A stretch of DNA of 63,610 bases, the filler included, from Vannella sp. (Eukaryota): the NCBI GenBank assembly GCA_023345925.1. It is 8 parts of 8 records of this genome, joined end to end, with 100 filler letters (N's around TTAATTAATTAA, not from the genome) between each part and the next. Parts side by side here need not be neighbours in the genome. Positions count along the whole stretch, not along the records: positions 60,635 to 63,610 come from JAJQQN010000843.1; 7 more parts are not named here. One strand, given 5' to 3'. The position numbers were made by a program, and so were the translations under genes. Within the stretch, counting starts at the first letter, position 1. Each line of letters starts with the position of its first letter. Below, piece after piece: positions 62,877 through 63,610 of the stretch. The notes under the pieces are model-generated. The model was given only the letters and a program-made list of their open reading frames with translations. It was not told the DNA's origin and ran no database searches.

Positions 62877-62893
62877 AAACCCTAAACCCTAAA
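62877..62893 (+). promoter_or_regulatory. Telo-box-like motif AAACCCTAAACCCTAAA
   Basis: 16 nt upstream of the sirtuin ATG, in a divergent intergenic region. Confidence 0.5.
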
Positions 62894-63020
62894 AAAGATC
62901 ATTATTTGGTGGTTATCACCTAGGGGAACCCTCTTTCGGTCTCCCGCTCATTCACGCGAACGGCGGCTTCTGCAAATGGTCATGCGAGGAAATGCAAATT
63001 GTTCATTCTTTCTCGCCTCA

Positions 63021-63610
63021 ATGAAGTTGCTGACTTTGTGCTTGGCTGTTGTTCTTTGCTCGTTCGTTCATTCGTCTGTGGGCGCGGACTCACCTGGTAT
63101 TGGCGATGGTTTGTGGAGAACCTTCAACCTTGCTATCCTTGGACTCGCTCCTTCGCTTCCTTTCACTCAACGTGAGGCCGAGAAGCAGAAGTGGATGAGG
63201 ATGTCGACCACTTGCGATCCTCAGCGCGGTTTCCGTTATGCTCTTAAGTCTACGGCCCCCCAAAAGAACACTCCCTTGACCCTCTACTTCACTGCTGGAG
63301 GACAAGTGGCTGGTGTCGCTGCTGATGTGTGGGGAGCTGCTGCCGCCCCTGCCAATCTGGTCTCCAAAGGATACTGGGAACCTGTCCCTGACACAACAGA
63401 CCAGCACACCATTAGTCTTAGCTTCCGACGCGCTTCACTCATGTGCAGCGGTGCTCAAGCCCCAGAGGTTATCGGAGATCGAGTCGTCATCAACCAAGGA
63501 GCACTCAACCAGAGCATCCCCTTGAATGCCCACGATGCGTACTGCAACAAGTGGTCGTATGGCTCTTGCATGAAGACCATGGGACAACATTGGTTCTACG
63601 ATCTCGCCAC
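63021..63610 (+). CDS. Secreted Cys-containing hypothetical protein (runs off the window end)
   Basis: MKLLTLCLAVVLCSFVHSSVG signal peptide; frame open to the window end (...KWSYGSCMKTMGQHWFYDLA); absent from the ORF track because there is no stop. Confidence 0.75.
   Translation, partial: MKLLTLCLAVVLCSFVHSSVGADSPGIGDGLWRTFNLAILGLAPSLPFTQREAEKQKWMRMSTTCDPQRGFRYALKSTAPQKNTPLTLYFTAGGQVAGVAADVWGAAAAPANLVSKGYWEPVPDTTDQHTISLSFRRASLMCSGAQAPEVIGDRVVINQGALNQSIPLNAHDAYCNKWSYGSCMKTMGQHWFYDLA

Noticed and set aside
1..63610. Alternative genetic code, stop readthrough or tRNA/rRNA genes
   Set aside because: All in-frame stops in conserved genes are explained by introns, and no tRNA or rRNA signature was seen.

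Overview
Very compact eukaryotic (protist) nuclear DNA, probably amoebozoan-like. That is an inference from the gene set: a TKL receptor kinase with a beta-helix ectodomain, a RasGEF, GSAP and a GPS protein. The window is not one locus. It is eight contigs joined by artificial 100-nt spacers (N44-TTAATTAATTAA-N44 at 8180-8279, 26323-26422, 30502-30601, 38566-38665, 50299-50398, 56138-56237 and 60535-60634), so synteny across spacers means nothing. It holds about 33 genes or gene fragments with short (mostly 40-70 nt) GT-AG introns and intergenic gaps often under 120 nt. Most are housekeeping genes (TIPIN, NRAMP, MPP-alpha, P450, ATXN10, PIGW, BCKDHA, HRD1, MZT1, TADA1, nicalin, RPS18, METTL6, SEC10, SF1, GLDC). 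Main findings: (1) an intronless single ORF fusing an intact sirtuin deacylase to a bacterial-type GNAT acetyltransferase; (2) a U12-type AT-AC intron with matching donor, branch site and acceptor in the GSAP homologue; (3) plant-type telomere (telo-box) motifs next to gene starts; (4) a templated duplication/inversion scar between the bZIP and acyl-CoA dehydrogenase genes; (5) an IPT-domain protein with acidic repeats and DPF motifs. All family calls come from motif recognition by eye; no database searches were run.
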